The notes: generated from the letters alone by a model not told the origin. Positions 1-9,763 are shown, counted from the whole stretch's first letter. The stretch: 60,141 nt of DNA, filler included, from 6 parts of 6 records of this genome joined end to end with filler, not necessarily neighbours in it; one strand, 5' to 3'. Numbers and translations are program-made.

Positions 1-1
1 G

Positions 2-508
2 GGCCGCAAGCGGCAGTTCGGCTCGGTCGCCGGTGGGGGGCGCTATGACGATCTGGTCAAGCGGTTCACCGGGCAAGAGGTGCCAGCCACCGGCGTCAGC
101 ATCGGGGTCGATCGCCTGCTGGCCGCCTTGCGCGAAAAGGGCCGTGTGGCCAGCACCGAACAGGGGCCCGTTGTGGTGACGGTGATGGAGCGCGCGCGCA
201 TGGCCGATTACCAGGCCATGGTGGCGGAATTGCGCAGCGCCGGCATCCGTGCCGAGGTGTATTTGGGCAACCCAAAGAATTTCGGAAACCAGCTGAAATA
301 CGCCGACAAACGCCAATCGCCGGTGGCCATTATCGCAGGCAGCGACGAATTTGATGCAGGCATGGTGCAGATCAAAGACCTGATATTGGGCGCACAAATT
401 GCCCAAAACGCCACGCTTGAGGAATGGAAAGAGCGCCCCAGCCAATTCGAAGTGCCGCGTGATCAGATGCTGGCGCGCGTGCGTGCCATTCTAGACGGGC
501 AGGGCTGA
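2..508 (+). CDS. hisS: Histidine--tRNA ligase, C-terminal part (5'-truncated)
   Basis: GGGRYDDL and [11 protein letters not shown] motifs, anticodon-binding domain (QLKYADK); frame is open to the window start; precedes hisZ-hisG. Confidence 0.95.
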   Translation, partial: GRKRQFGSVAGGGRYDDLVKRFTGQEVPATGVSIGVDRLLAALREKGRVASTEQGPVVVTVMERARMADYQAMVAELRSAGIRAEVYLGNPKNFGNQLKYADKRQSPVAIIAGSDEFDAGMVQIKDLILGAQIAQNATLEEWKERPSQFEVPRDQMLARVRAILDGQG

Positions 509-1590
509 TGACACCCCAAGCCATAGAAACCCAGCAAGCGGCGCGCCTGCGCGCGTTTTTTGCAGGCCACGGCGCTATGCCGGTGGAAACCGGCATTTTG
601 CAGCCTGCCGATACCCTGCTTGATCTTTATGGCGAGGATATCCGGGCGCGGGCCTATGTTACCTCGGATGCGCTGCGCGGCGAGCAAATGCTGCGCCCCG
701 ATTTTACCGTGCCGGTGGTGCAAATGCATATGGCCCATGGGGCGGCGCCCGCGCGCTATACCTATGCGGGGCCGGTGTTTCGCCGCCAGGAAGAAGACGC
801 AGCGCGCGCCAATGAATATCAGCAGGTGGGCTTCGAGCTGTTTGACGGCACCAACCCGGCCGAGGCCGATGCCGAGGTGTTTTGCCTGATCGCACAGGCA
901 TTGGGGCCCGCGCCATTGCGGGCCGCCACAGGCGATATCGGCATTTTGCTGGCGGCCGTTGACGCGCTGGAAACCACAGCGCCGCGCCGCGCCGCGCTGC
1001 GCCGCCACATCTGGCGCCCGCGCCGGTTTCGCGCCTTGATGGATCGCTTTTCAGGCCGTGCGCCGGTGCCTGCCAGCCGCCAAGCGGTGATCGCAGGCCA
1101 GCTGGCGCCAACTGGGGCGCCGGAAATTGGCCTGCGCAGCATGGCCGAGATCGAGGCGCGCATTGCCGCGCTGCGCGAAGATGCGCAGGCGGGCCCGATA
1201 CCGGCTAGCCAGGTGGCCTTGATCGATGCGATTTTGGATGTGCGCGAGGCCATGCCCTATGCGCTGGAACAGCTGCGCGATATCTCGGTTGATCTGCCCG
1301 CGATCGCGCCGGCTGTGGCGCGCATGGCCCAGCGGATGCAGGCGCTGGAACGCCGCGGCATCGATGTGGCGCGGCTGGATTTCGAGGCCAGCTACGGGCG
1401 CAGCACCATGGAATATTACGATGGGTTCGTTTTTGGCTTTTATGCCGAAACACGCGCCGATTTGCCGGCTGTGGCCAGTGGTGGGCGCTATGATGCCTTG
1501 ACGGCGGTGCTGGGGCAGGGCCGCTCGATCCCGGCGGTGGGTGGGGTGATCCGCCCGGGCCTGCTGGCAGAATTGGGGGCAGGGGTATGA
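508..1590 (+). CDS. hisZ: ATP phosphoribosyltransferase regulatory subunit
   Basis: LRPDFT, YYDGFVF and GGRYD motifs of the HisRS-like fold; lies between hisS and hisG. Confidence 0.93.
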   Translation: MTPQAIETQQAARLRAFFAGHGAMPVETGILQPADTLLDLYGEDIRARAYVTSDALRGEQMLRPDFTVPVVQMHMAHGAAPARYTYAGPVFRRQEEDAARANEYQQVGFELFDGTNPAEADAEVFCLIAQALGPAPLRAATGDIGILLAAVDALETTAPRRAALRRHIWRPRRFRALMDRFSGRAPVPASRQAVIAGQLAPTGAPEIGLRSMAEIEARIAALREDAQAGPIPASQVALIDAILDVREAMPYALEQLRDISVDLPAIAPAVARMAQRMQALERRGIDVARLDFEASYGRSTMEYYDGFVFGFYAETRADLPAVASGGRYDALTAVLGQGRSIPAVGGVIRPGLLAELGAGV

Positions 1591-2279
1591 GCGTGAAACT
1601 GGGTGTGCCGTCTAAGGGGCGGCTGATGGAAAAAACCTTTGAATGGTTTGCTGCCCGCGGCATCGCCCTGTCGCGCGCCGGGTCTGAACGTGAATATGCC
1701 GGTATGGTGCAGGGGATCGACGGGGTCGAGCTGGTGTTGCTGTCGGCGGGTGAAATTCCACGGGAATTGGCCGCGGGGCGCATTCATTTGGGGGTGACGG
1801 GCACCGATTTGGTGCGCGAAAAGCTGGCAGGCTGGGAACAGCAGGTCGAAGAGCTGGCCGAGCTTGGCTTTGGCCATGCGGATCTGGTGATTGCGGTGCC
1901 GGCGTTTTGGGCAGATGTGGATTGCCTGGATGATCTGGATGCCGCCGCCGCCGCCTTTCGCGCCAAACACGGGTTTCGGCTGCGGGTGGCCACGAAATAC
2001 CACCGTTTGGTGCGCGATTTTCTGCGCGACAATGGCGTGGCAGATTATCAGCTGGTCGATAGCCAAGGCGCAACCGAAGGCACGGTGAAAAACGAAACCG
2101 CCGAGGCGATTGCCGATATCACATCAAGCGGCGATACGCTGCGCGCCAATCACCTGAAAATACTCAGCGACGGGCTGGTGTTACGCTCGCAGGCCACGCT
2201 GTTTCGTGCCCGCCGCGCCGAGATGGACGCGGGCCAGCGTGCCGCAATGGCCAATTTGGTGCAACGTTTGGGCCTATAA
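1587..2279 (+). CDS. hisG: ATP phosphoribosyltransferase (short form)
   Basis: PSKGRL, VATKY, GATE and DITSSGDTLRANHL motifs; 230 aa. Confidence 0.95.
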   Translation: MSVKLGVPSKGRLMEKTFEWFAARGIALSRAGSEREYAGMVQGIDGVELVLLSAGEIPRELAAGRIHLGVTGTDLVREKLAGWEQQVEELAELGFGHADLVIAVPAFWADVDCLDDLDAAAAAFRAKHGFRLRVATKYHRLVRDFLRDNGVADYQLVDSQGATEGTVKNETAEAIADITSSGDTLRANHLKILSDGLVLRSQATLFRARRAEMDAGQRAAMANLVQRLGL

Positions 2280-2705
2280 CACCCCAATATCTGCCAGCGC
2301 GCCGGCCAGTTCGGGCGGCAGGCTGTCTTCATCTTGGCGGTTGGCTGGCAGATCTGCCGGGGCATCAGACACCGGCAGGTAGCGCCAGCCTTGAAACGGG
2401 CGTTTGGGCGCAGTGGTGGTGCGGATCAGCGCAGGATCCAGCACGATGGCGCAGCGGCGAATGCCGTCTTGGCCCTCGGCCTCGTCCAGGCGCAAAATTT
2501 TCTGCCGGCATTGCACCAGCCCCTTGATCACCCAATAGATCGAGCCGCCATTCAGCACTTGGGCCTCGCGCTTGGGCCACATACGGGTGACATGGCGCGG
2601 CAGCCCATCGGCAAAGCGTTTGCGATAGCCATTTTGCCATTGCGCCAGATCTTCAACGCTGTCAGTGCCGACGCTTAGCTTGAGCAGATGCACAGATTTA
2701 TCCAC
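2274..2705 (-). CDS. DUF1489 family protein
   Basis: LKLSVG, HVTRMWPKR, GGSIYWVIKG and RPFQGWRYL motifs; probable GTG start at 2705 (ATG at 2717 also possible); overlaps the hisG end by 6 nt. Confidence 0.85.
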   Translation of the reverse strand: MDKSVHLLKLSVGTDSVEDLAQWQNGYRKRFADGLPRHVTRMWPKREAQVLNGGSIYWVIKGLVQCRQKILRLDEAEGQDGIRRCAIVLDPALIRTTTAPKRPFQGWRYLPVSDAPADLPANRQDEDSLPPELAGALADIGVL

Positions 2706-2706
2706 A
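2698..2706 (+). promoter_or_regulatory. Perfect DnaA box TTATCCACA in the DUF1489/nrdJ divergent region
   Basis: Exact consensus match; function is inferred. Confidence 0.4.
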
Positions 2707-2825
2707 GAATCCCCCATATCTCTTACCCAATATGGTAGCTTATGGATATTGTGCTTCAAGCTGTTGTGGATTTCTTCTGAAATGGTCTATCTCACACCTC
2801 TGCCGACAGACAAAGGATTCGCGCC

Positions 2826-5087
2826 ATGACCCGTTTTGCTGCCCCGATCGCCGAACAGATATGGGATATGAAGTATCGCTTCAAAGAGGCCGATGGCACC
2901 CCGGTTGACCGCAGTGTCGAAGACAGCTGGCGCCGCATTGCCCGCGCGCTGGCCTCGGTCGAGGCGGATCCGGCCCATTGGGAGCAGAAATTTTACGACG
3001 CGTTGGACGATTTCAAATACCTGCCTGCTGGCCGCATTACCGCAGGCGCGGGCACGGGCCGCAAGGTGACGCTGTTTAACTGTTTTGTGATGGGCACCGT
3101 GCCCGACAGCATGGGCGGCATTTTCGATATGCTGAAAGAGGCTGCGCTGACCATGCAGCAAGGCGGCGGTATCGGCTATGATTTTTCCACCATCCGGCCA
3201 CGGGGCGCGGATGTAAAAGGCGTGGCGGCCGATGCCTCGGGGCCATTGTCGTTTATGGATGTGTGGGATGCGATGTGCCGCACGATCATGTCGGCGGGCA
3301 GCCGCCGCGGCGCCATGATGGCCACGATGCGCTGCGATCACCCTGATATCGAAAGCTTTATCGAGGCCAAATCCGACCCGGCCCGCCTGCGCATGTTCAA
3401 CCTGTCGGTTCTGGTCACAGATGCGTTTATGGAGGCGGTCAAGGCCGGGGGCAGCTGGGATCTGCAATTTGACGGCAAAGTTTATCACACCGTCGAGGCG
3501 CGGGATCTGTGGAACAAGATCATGCGCTCGACCTATGATTTTGCCGAACCCGGGGTGATTTTCATCGACCGTATCAACGCGGCCAACAACCTGTCATATT
3601 GCGAAACTATCGCGGCCACCAACCCCTGCGGGGAACAGCCGCTGCCGCCCTATGGCGCCTGCTTGCTGGGCTCGATCAACCTGGCCAAGCTGGTGGTAAA
3701 CCCGTTTGGCAGCGATGCCTCGCTGGATGAGGGCGCGCTGAACGATCTGGTCGCCACGGCGGTGCGGATGATGGATAATGTGGTGGATGCCTCGAATTTT
3801 CCGCTGGAACAACAGGCGCAAGAGGCCCAAGCCAAGCGGCGCATCGGGCTGGGTGTGACCGGGCTTGCCGATGCGTTGCTGATGGTTGGCCAGCGCTATG
3901 GCAGCGACGAGGCCGCCGCCACCGCCGAAAACTGGCTAAAGGCCATTGCACGCGCGGCCTATTTGGCCTCGGTCGAGCTGGCGAAAGAAAAAGGCGCGTT
4001 TCCGCTGTTTGATGCCGAGAAATATTTGGCCTCGGGCACGATGCAGGCGATGGACGAAGATGTGCGCGCTGCCATCGCCGCCCATGGCATTCGCAATGCG
4101 CTGCTGACCTCGATTGCGCCAACCGGCACAATCAGCCTGTATGCGGGCAATGTCAGCTCGGGGATCGAGCCGGTATTTGCCTATAGCTACACGCGCAAAG
4201 TGCTGCAAAAAGACGGCAGCCGCACCGAAGAAGAGGTAGTAGATTACGCCGTGCAAATGTGGCGCGATCGCTTTGACGATGCGGACCTGCCCGATTATTT
4301 CGTAAACGCCCAAACGCTGGCGCCGCTGGATCACGTGAAAATGCAGGCAGCGGCACAGAAATGGGTAGATAGCTCGATTTCGAAAACCATCAACTGCCCC
4401 GAAGATATCAGCTTTGACGATTTCAAAGACGTCTACATGACCGCTTATGAAACCGGCTGCAAAGGCTGCACCACCTACCGCCCCAATGATGTGACAGGCA
4501 GCGTGCTGAGCGTCAGCGAGGCCAGCGAAAAAGCCCCCGAGGCAGATCAGGGCGCCGATGTCATCTATATGTCGGAACCGCTGGACCGCCCGCAAGAGCT
4601 GGAGGGCAGCACCTACAAGCTGAAATGGCCCGATAGCGAGCACGCCATTTACCTGACGGTGAATGACATCGTGATCAACGGCCATCGCCGGCCGTTCGAG
4701 GTGTTTATCAACTCGAAAAACATGGAACATTTCGCCTGGACCGTGGCGCTGACACGGATGATCTCGGCCGTGTTCCGCCGCGGTGGTGATGTCTCGTTTG
4801 TGGTGGAAGAGCTGAAAGCCGTGTTTGACCCGCGGGGTGGGGCATGGATTGGGGGCAAATATATCCCCTCGATTCTGGCCGCCATCGGTGGCGTGATCGA
4901 ACGCCACATGATTTCGATCGGCTTCATCGAAGGCGAAGGGCTGGGCCTGAAAAGCGACCCCCAGGCGCAGGTGGTGAATATGGATGCCCCGCGCGGCAAG
5001 GCGTGCCCGTCCTGCGGCCAGTTTGATTTGCAAATGGTCGAGGGCTGCATGACCTGCCTAAGCTGTGGCCATTCTAAATGCGGCTAA
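2826..5087 (+). CDS. nrdJ: Adenosylcobalamin-dependent (class II) ribonucleoside-diphosphate reductase
   Basis: FNCFV, RRGAMM, TNPCGEQPL and APTGTIS motifs; C-terminal TSCPD-like region and CPSC/CLSC Zn ribbon. Confidence 0.95.
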   Translation: MTRFAAPIAEQIWDMKYRFKEADGTPVDRSVEDSWRRIARALASVEADPAHWEQKFYDALDDFKYLPAGRITAGAGTGRKVTLFNCFVMGTVPDSMGGIFDMLKEAALTMQQGGGIGYDFSTIRPRGADVKGVAADASGPLSFMDVWDAMCRTIMSAGSRRGAMMATMRCDHPDIESFIEAKSDPARLRMFNLSVLVTDAFMEAVKAGGSWDLQFDGKVYHTVEARDLWNKIMRSTYDFAEPGVIFIDRINAANNLSYCETIAATNPCGEQPLPPYGACLLGSINLAKLVVNPFGSDASLDEGALNDLVATAVRMMDNVVDASNFPLEQQAQEAQAKRRIGLGVTGLADALLMVGQRYGSDEAAATAENWLKAIARAAYLASVELAKEKGAFPLFDAEKYLASGTMQAMDEDVRAAIAAHGIRNALLTSIAPTGTISLYAGNVSSGIEPVFAYSYTRKVLQKDGSRTEEEVVDYAVQMWRDRFDDADLPDYFVNAQTLAPLDHVKMQAAAQKWVDSSISKTINCPEDISFDDFKDVYMTAYETGCKGCTTYRPNDVTGSVLSVSEASEKAPEADQGADVIYMSEPLDRPQELEGSTYKLKWPDSEHAIYLTVNDIVINGHRRPFEVFINSKNMEHFAWTVALTRMISAVFRRGGDVSFVVEELKAVFDPRGGAWIGGKYIPSILAAIGGVIERHMISIGFIEGEGLGLKSDPQAQVVNMDAPRGKACPSCGQFDLQMVEGCMTCLSCGHSKCG

Positions 5088-5140
5088 GCCGGGCCTGAAA
5101 AGGCCGCTTGGGAATAAGCGGCCGCTTTCCCCAACAGCCC

Positions 5141-5169
5141 AAAGGCGCCCCATAGCGGGGCGCCTTTTT
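5141..5169. terminator. Probable bidirectional intrinsic terminator
   Basis: AAAGGCGCCCC-ATAGC-GGGGCGCCTTTTT between convergent genes. Confidence 0.8.
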
Positions 5170-5172
5170 CTA

Positions 5173-5832
5173 TCAATAGACGCAGCGAAAGCCGATATAG
5201 ACGGCATAGAATGTGGCGGGCTTCCATTGCATGCCCTCGACGCGGGTTTTGCTGGTGCCATACCACCAACTGCCCCCGGCTGTCAGGGCCGTATCGCCCT
5301 GCCGATCGGCCAGCCATTCCCAAACATTGGCGCCCATATCGTATAGCCCGTTCACCCCTTGTTTGGTGGTGCCCACGGGCACATGCTGCGTGTTGTTGGT
5401 GTTCATTCCCGTTGGGTCTGCGCCAACAGGGTAGGGGTAGGTTACGCCTGTATCAAAACCATCGGGCGGCGATGGGCGCTGCTCGGTATAGGCGGCTGAT
5501 AGCCATTCGGCCCGCGTGGGCAGGCGCCCACCGGCGGCTTTGCAATAGGCATCGGCCTCGGCCCAGGTCAGATGCACGGCCGGCTCGTCTGGTTTTGCGG
5601 CGCCACCTTGGGGGGTGCGATAGCCCCAGCCTGGCCGCCGCTGCCAGCCCGCGCCCCATTCAAACCCGCCCCCTTCGCGTTCGGCGGTTGTGATCAGCGC
5701 GTTTGCAGCGGCGTATTTGGAAAATTCGGCAACGCTGACCTCGGTTTGATCGATGGCAAAGCCTGGCAGGTGCACAGTGCCTGCATGGGCGGTCGTGCAG
5801 GCCAATAGCCCAAGCGCTGTCAACAGGCGCAT
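5173..5832 (-). CDS. Formylglycine-generating-enzyme (SUMF1/EgtB/PvdO) domain protein, secreted
   Basis: RLPTRAEW, NGLYDMGANVWEW, GGSW and GFRC motifs; N-terminal signal peptide. Confidence 0.85.
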   Translation of the reverse strand: MRLLTALGLLACTTAHAGTVHLPGFAIDQTEVSVAEFSKYAAANALITTAEREGGGFEWGAGWQRRPGWGYRTPQGGAAKPDEPAVHLTWAEADAYCKAAGGRLPTRAEWLSAAYTEQRPSPPDGFDTGVTYPYPVGADPTGMNTNNTQHVPVGTTKQGVNGLYDMGANVWEWLADRQGDTALTAGGSWWYGTSKTRVEGMQWKPATFYAVYIGFRCVY

Positions 5833-6023
5833 TTCGATACCTCTGTTTGAAATCTATTTGCCATGTAGCTTAGGCCGCGCCGCTGGCCTGGCTAATCACA
5901 AACAGCGGAACTGATCCGCGCGGGCCTGATGCGCATTGGTATAGGCCGGGCGGTGTTTTGTGGCTTTGTCACGCAGCTGGCCTAGCTCTGGGCGGACACA
6001 GAACAAAGGGAAACGACAGGCTG

Positions 6024-6749
6024 ATGGCAGATATGGTGATTATCATGGGCTCGGGCCCCGGTGTGCTGAACGCACAGCACATGACACGCGGCCCAGACCA
6101 CCAGATTGTTGCCATCAATAACGCCTGGCGCGTGCGCAACGATTGGGATTGGCTGGTTCACCCCGAAGATTTCCCAAAAGACCGGCAACCCCAGGTGCTG
6201 GCCAGCAATCAGGCAATTATCGGCGCGAAAGACTATGTTCGCGTGCAAAATCGATATGGTGGGTTTGTTTATGCCGGTGGCACGATGGCATTTACCGCGG
6301 CATATTGGGCGCTGGGTGCGCTAAAGCCGCGGGTGATCGCGATGATTGGCTGCGATATGATCTACCCCCAAAAGGGGCCCACCCATTTTTACGGCACCGG
6401 CACAGCAGACCCGCTGCGCGATGACGTCACCCTGCGATCGCTCGAGGCTAAATCAGCGCGCCTATGGGTGCTGGCAGCACAGGCAGGCTGCGCAGTGGTC
6501 AACCTGTCAGATGCGCCCTGCAGTCGCCTGCTATACCCGCGTTCCGGGTTTTCGCAGCTTGCTACGGCAAAACCGCCCCGTTTTGACGGGGCAAGCGTGG
6601 CCAAAGCCCAAAGCGCCGAGGCAAAGGCCGGCTATTTCGTGGCATCGGGAAAATACTGGAAAGAACAACAGCGCTTTGATGTGGATGTGATCGATCACAT
6701 AGATCAGCTGTGGCTGATGGCGGCAGAACAGCGCCGGATGGCTGCCTAA
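6024..6749 (+). CDS. Conserved hypothetical protein, MptE/MAF-like or glycosyltransferase-like fold
   Basis: IIMGSGP, AINNAW, GCDM and HFYG motifs; probable ATG at 6024. Confidence 0.6.
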   Translation: MADMVIIMGSGPGVLNAQHMTRGPDHQIVAINNAWRVRNDWDWLVHPEDFPKDRQPQVLASNQAIIGAKDYVRVQNRYGGFVYAGGTMAFTAAYWALGALKPRVIAMIGCDMIYPQKGPTHFYGTGTADPLRDDVTLRSLEAKSARLWVLAAQAGCAVVNLSDAPCSRLLYPRSGFSQLATAKPPRFDGASVAKAQSAEAKAGYFVASGKYWKEQQRFDVDVIDHIDQLWLMAAEQRRMAA

Positions 6750-6769
6750 GCAAAGACTTAACTGAGGGG

Positions 6770-6791
6770 GTTAAGTGGTGCCCGGGGGCGG
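6770..6791. repeat. att-site direct repeat (displaced tRNA 3' end)
   Basis: Identical to 10168-10189. Confidence 0.9.
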
Positions 6792-7106
6792 CATAACCTG
6801 TTGTTTTTATTTCAGTGGGTTACGAAGCGGTGGGGCTTATTTCTTTTGCCATGGTTATTGGATTTTTTCGGATATGTGTCCCACTTTTCCGAAAGAGTTT
6901 TGGCGCGCACATCTTCGATCAAGGCAGCGATGCTGTTGCCGATCAGAAGGACATTCCAGAGGCGGCTTTCATGCTTGTTCCCGGGCATGACCCGTTCGGC
7001 ATTCCAGATTTATCCGACCCGACTTGGGCGCTGTTTCGTTGAACAGGAGAAGTCGTTCATAACGCAAGGTGGCTTTGCCGAAATGCGCAGGCGGACCATT
7101 TGATTT

Positions 7107-8168
7107 TCATCGCAGAAGTGCGTTCAGAAACCCAATGATCACTTTGGTAAGCTCGGCATGAATCTCTGATCGTGGCCGCCCGCCTGCATCATGGCACAGG
7201 GGATCGGCCTCGCCCTCATTGATCAGAATTTCCGCGCCGCGCGGCTTGCACTCGGCCAGAAAGCTGAAATGCGTGGCATCGGGGACAATTCGGAAGGAAG
7301 CACCCGGCACGGTTTCAGACAGTGCGCGGGCATGCACCGGGGCTGGAACGAGATGTTCGTCACCAAGGTTCACAACCAGCATCGGCATGTCGATTGCGGC
7401 AAGGCTTGCATGGGTAAGCGTCTCGACGATCCCGGGGTCAATGACCACCGCGAAATCGATGCGCGGATCATGCAAGTCCTGAGCGGCCTCGGTGAAATCT
7501 ACGGCATGTAGATCGATCCCGGCGCGCGCAAAGAAATCGCAGTCCGACATACCGCGCCCGCCTTCGTCACAAAAGGCTGATAGCCTGTCCGGATCGACCC
7601 GGGCACCGGCAAGGGCAAGCGCGGTGTAGCCCCCCGCGGAAAAGCCAAGGACACCGACCCGCGACAGGTCCATGAAAGGAAAGCGTTCCAGGTCACTCTG
7701 CAACCCGTCAAGAACTGCCGAAACGTCTTGTGGCCGCTCCCAGATACGCAAGGCTTCCGGCGCCGAGGCGTTGTCAGACGTGCTGCCCGGATGGTTGGGC
7801 AAGACCACGACATAGCCCTGATCGGCAAGCGCCGACGCGATCCAGCCGAACTGGCCCGCGTTGCCGCCCGCACCGTGTGAAATGAGGATGACCGGATGAG
7901 CACCCTCTTTGGGTGGGGCCCCGCGTCCGGCATCGGTTCCGTGGAAAACACCATTGCCACCCACGGTGACGGCCCGTCCACCGGCTCGGGCAGGATACCA
8001 GATGTGGAAGTCGATGCCGTCGCGTCGCAGCAGCGAGTCGGCGGAGCCATATTCAATTCCCACGTTTCCGGAATAGGCGGGGCGCAAAAGCTCGGACCCC
8101 GCCCACGCGGTCGCGGCGATCAAGCATGCCGCAGCGGAGGCTTTGATAAACTTGGCGTATCTGTACAT
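7107..8168 (-). CDS. Secreted alpha/beta hydrolase (dienelactone-hydrolase / PAF-AH-like)
   Basis: ISHGAGG, GFSAGG nucleophile elbow, DATHFSF His; signal peptide from ATG 8168 (the longer ORF call overlaps the upstream gene). Confidence 0.85.
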   Translation of the reverse strand: MYRYAKFIKASAAACLIAATAWAGSELLRPAYSGNVGIEYGSADSLLRRDGIDFHIWYPARAGGRAVTVGGNGVFHGTDAGRGAPPKEGAHPVILISHGAGGNAGQFGWIASALADQGYVVVLPNHPGSTSDNASAPEALRIWERPQDVSAVLDGLQSDLERFPFMDLSRVGVLGFSAGGYTALALAGARVDPDRLSAFCDEGGRGMSDCDFFARAGIDLHAVDFTEAAQDLHDPRIDFAVVIDPGIVETLTHASLAAIDMPMLVVNLGDEHLVPAPVHARALSETVPGASFRIVPDATHFSFLAECKPRGAEILINEGEADPLCHDAGGRPRSEIHAELTKVIIGFLNALLR

Positions 8169-8208
8169 GACAGGTCCCTTCACTCTTTCGTTGAGACACA
8201 GTGCCGGT

Positions 8209-8589
8209 TCACGACAGAACCTTTTCGAGGTGCCAGATTTTCGAAACGATTTTCCAACCTGAATTGCCCTTGGCAAAGCCGAGGTGATCGACAAAGACAT
8301 TCTGGTGGGCACGGATGCGAATTTTCACCACCGCACTGAGCGGGGACAGGAAATCGATCAGCAACACTTCCGCTTCCAGCGCCTGCCCCGCACTCTGGGG
8401 CGACTTTCGGCCCGCAACGTCGGCGCGAAAACTGTCGATCGGCTCTACGAAAATCTCGCCGTTGTCCGCATCAAAGAGGCTTGATTGAGGGTGGAAAACG
8501 TCGTCCAGCTTCTCGACGTTGCATTCGTGGATCGCTTCGAAATAGGTGTCGATGGCCGCATTCAGCCCGGTTGCATCCATTTTTGTCAC
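8209..8589 (-). CDS. NTF2/SnoaL-like (putative lumazine-binding family) protein
   Basis: 126 aa; YFEAI...VFHP...FVDHL...WKIVSK pattern. Confidence 0.8.
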   Translation of the reverse strand: MTKMDATGLNAAIDTYFEAIHECNVEKLDDVFHPQSSLFDADNGEIFVEPIDSFRADVAGRKSPQSAGQALEAEVLLIDFLSPLSAVVKIRIRAHQNVFVDHLGFAKGNSGWKIVSKIWHLEKVLS

Positions 8590-8721
8590 AGCATTTCCTT
8601 TCGCCTAAGACCGTTCCGCCATTTCGGAACTGGTCAGACGCTAGGCGATACCAACAGTCGCGGATATTCCTACAATTGTGGGGGCATGGCGCGGAGAGTT
8701 TGGCCCGGGCGAAACCTTTGA

Positions 8722-9432
8722 CTAAATCAGACCGAGCGAAGAGGCGTTGGAAACAGCCTGTGCAAGCGTCACGCAGTTCAGCTTGGTGCGAACGTCCTTG
8801 AGATAGCCCCGCACCGTATGTTCCGACAGATCGAGGATGATCGCGATATCTGAATGGGTCTTGCCCTCAGCGATCCACCTCAAGCACTCAATCTCACGAC
8901 GCGACAGGTGAGGAAGGGACTCTCCATCCAGGTAAATCTCGCCAAGGGCCTTATGATGAAGGTGATGCGCCAATTGGATCAATTCGTTGCGCATTCCTGC
9001 CAGATCCGGCTCCCAGTTGTCGCCACTTCGCGCATTTCGTGCATTGAACGAAAGCACGCTACGACGACCGATGGCATCGATGTGGCGCACGCTGAACCCG
9101 GTCTGGCCAAGGCCATGCTGGACGGCCTGCTGCATCATCTCCAGTTGCTGACCTTGGGGCGTAATTGTGGACCAGCAAAAAGGGCCGGCGACCTGCTCCG
9201 CCATTTGCAGGACGGGATCAATACGAACGTAATCGTTTAAAAGATAGTGCCTGACCCAGGCATCAGGGTAATTGGTGCGAACATAGGGCTTGTTCTCGGC
9301 ATCTTCGCCAGACCGAAAGACATGCAAGGTGACGTAGTCTACTTGGTAATGCTCACAGATCCGCTGAATGGCCTGCTGGACTGTGGAACAGGCAAGATCG
9401 AGATCCGCGTTTATCATCGAAATGTTTCTCAA
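8722..9432 (-). CDS. LuxR-family regulator with autoinducer-binding domain (solo)
   Basis: NYPDAW..HY...DP...W...G in the N-domain; LSRREIECL..IAEGKT..DIA HTH. Confidence 0.92.
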   Translation of the reverse strand: MRNISMINADLDLACSTVQQAIQRICEHYQVDYVTLHVFRSGEDAENKPYVRTNYPDAWVRHYLLNDYVRIDPVLQMAEQVAGPFCWSTITPQGQQLEMMQQAVQHGLGQTGFSVRHIDAIGRRSVLSFNARNARSGDNWEPDLAGMRNELIQLAHHLHHKALGEIYLDGESLPHLSRREIECLRWIAEGKTHSDIAIILDLSEHTVRGYLKDVRTKLNCVTLAQAVSNASSLGLI

Positions 9433-9763
9433 TTCCCAGTTGATCGGAATGCGTATAGCACAAGAAGCTTATTCTCAAAAGGTGCCCGTTCTTAGTTGGA
9501 AAGAGCCACATGGATCTGGGCAACGTATTCCACCCGCGCGATTTCGGACCCGTCCGGGCGCGTGGAATACCGCCCGCCGGGTTCGCTGAAGACTTTACGA
9601 TCTTTCAAACCGCGCCCCGACAAACAGTTGAAAAAAGCGGCGCTGAAATAGGCGCGGTTCTCTATCGATCTGGTTTGATCCCGAGATGTCGTGGCATGCG
9701 CCGCCGACTGGAAAGCGGGGCGCCAGCCCGTGTTCAGTGATGTAGCGATCTAGGTTTGACCGA

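Noticed and set aside
2720-2755. NrdR boxes upstream of nrdJ
   Set aside because: Only half-site matches (ACCCAATAT, ATATTGTG); no full 16-bp box can be supported
2787-5033. 233-aa and 365-aa ORFs antisense to nrdJ
   Set aside because: Shadow ORFs of a conserved gene
5173-5832. FGE/CLec gene as a diversity-generating retroelement target
   Set aside because: No reverse transcriptase or template repeat seen on the contig
6801-7103. Short ORFs at the left end of the islet
   Set aside because: No motifs; probably att-arm or decayed DNA
9368-9740. Short ORFs between luxR and the integrase remnant
   Set aside because: No recognisable homology; likely debris
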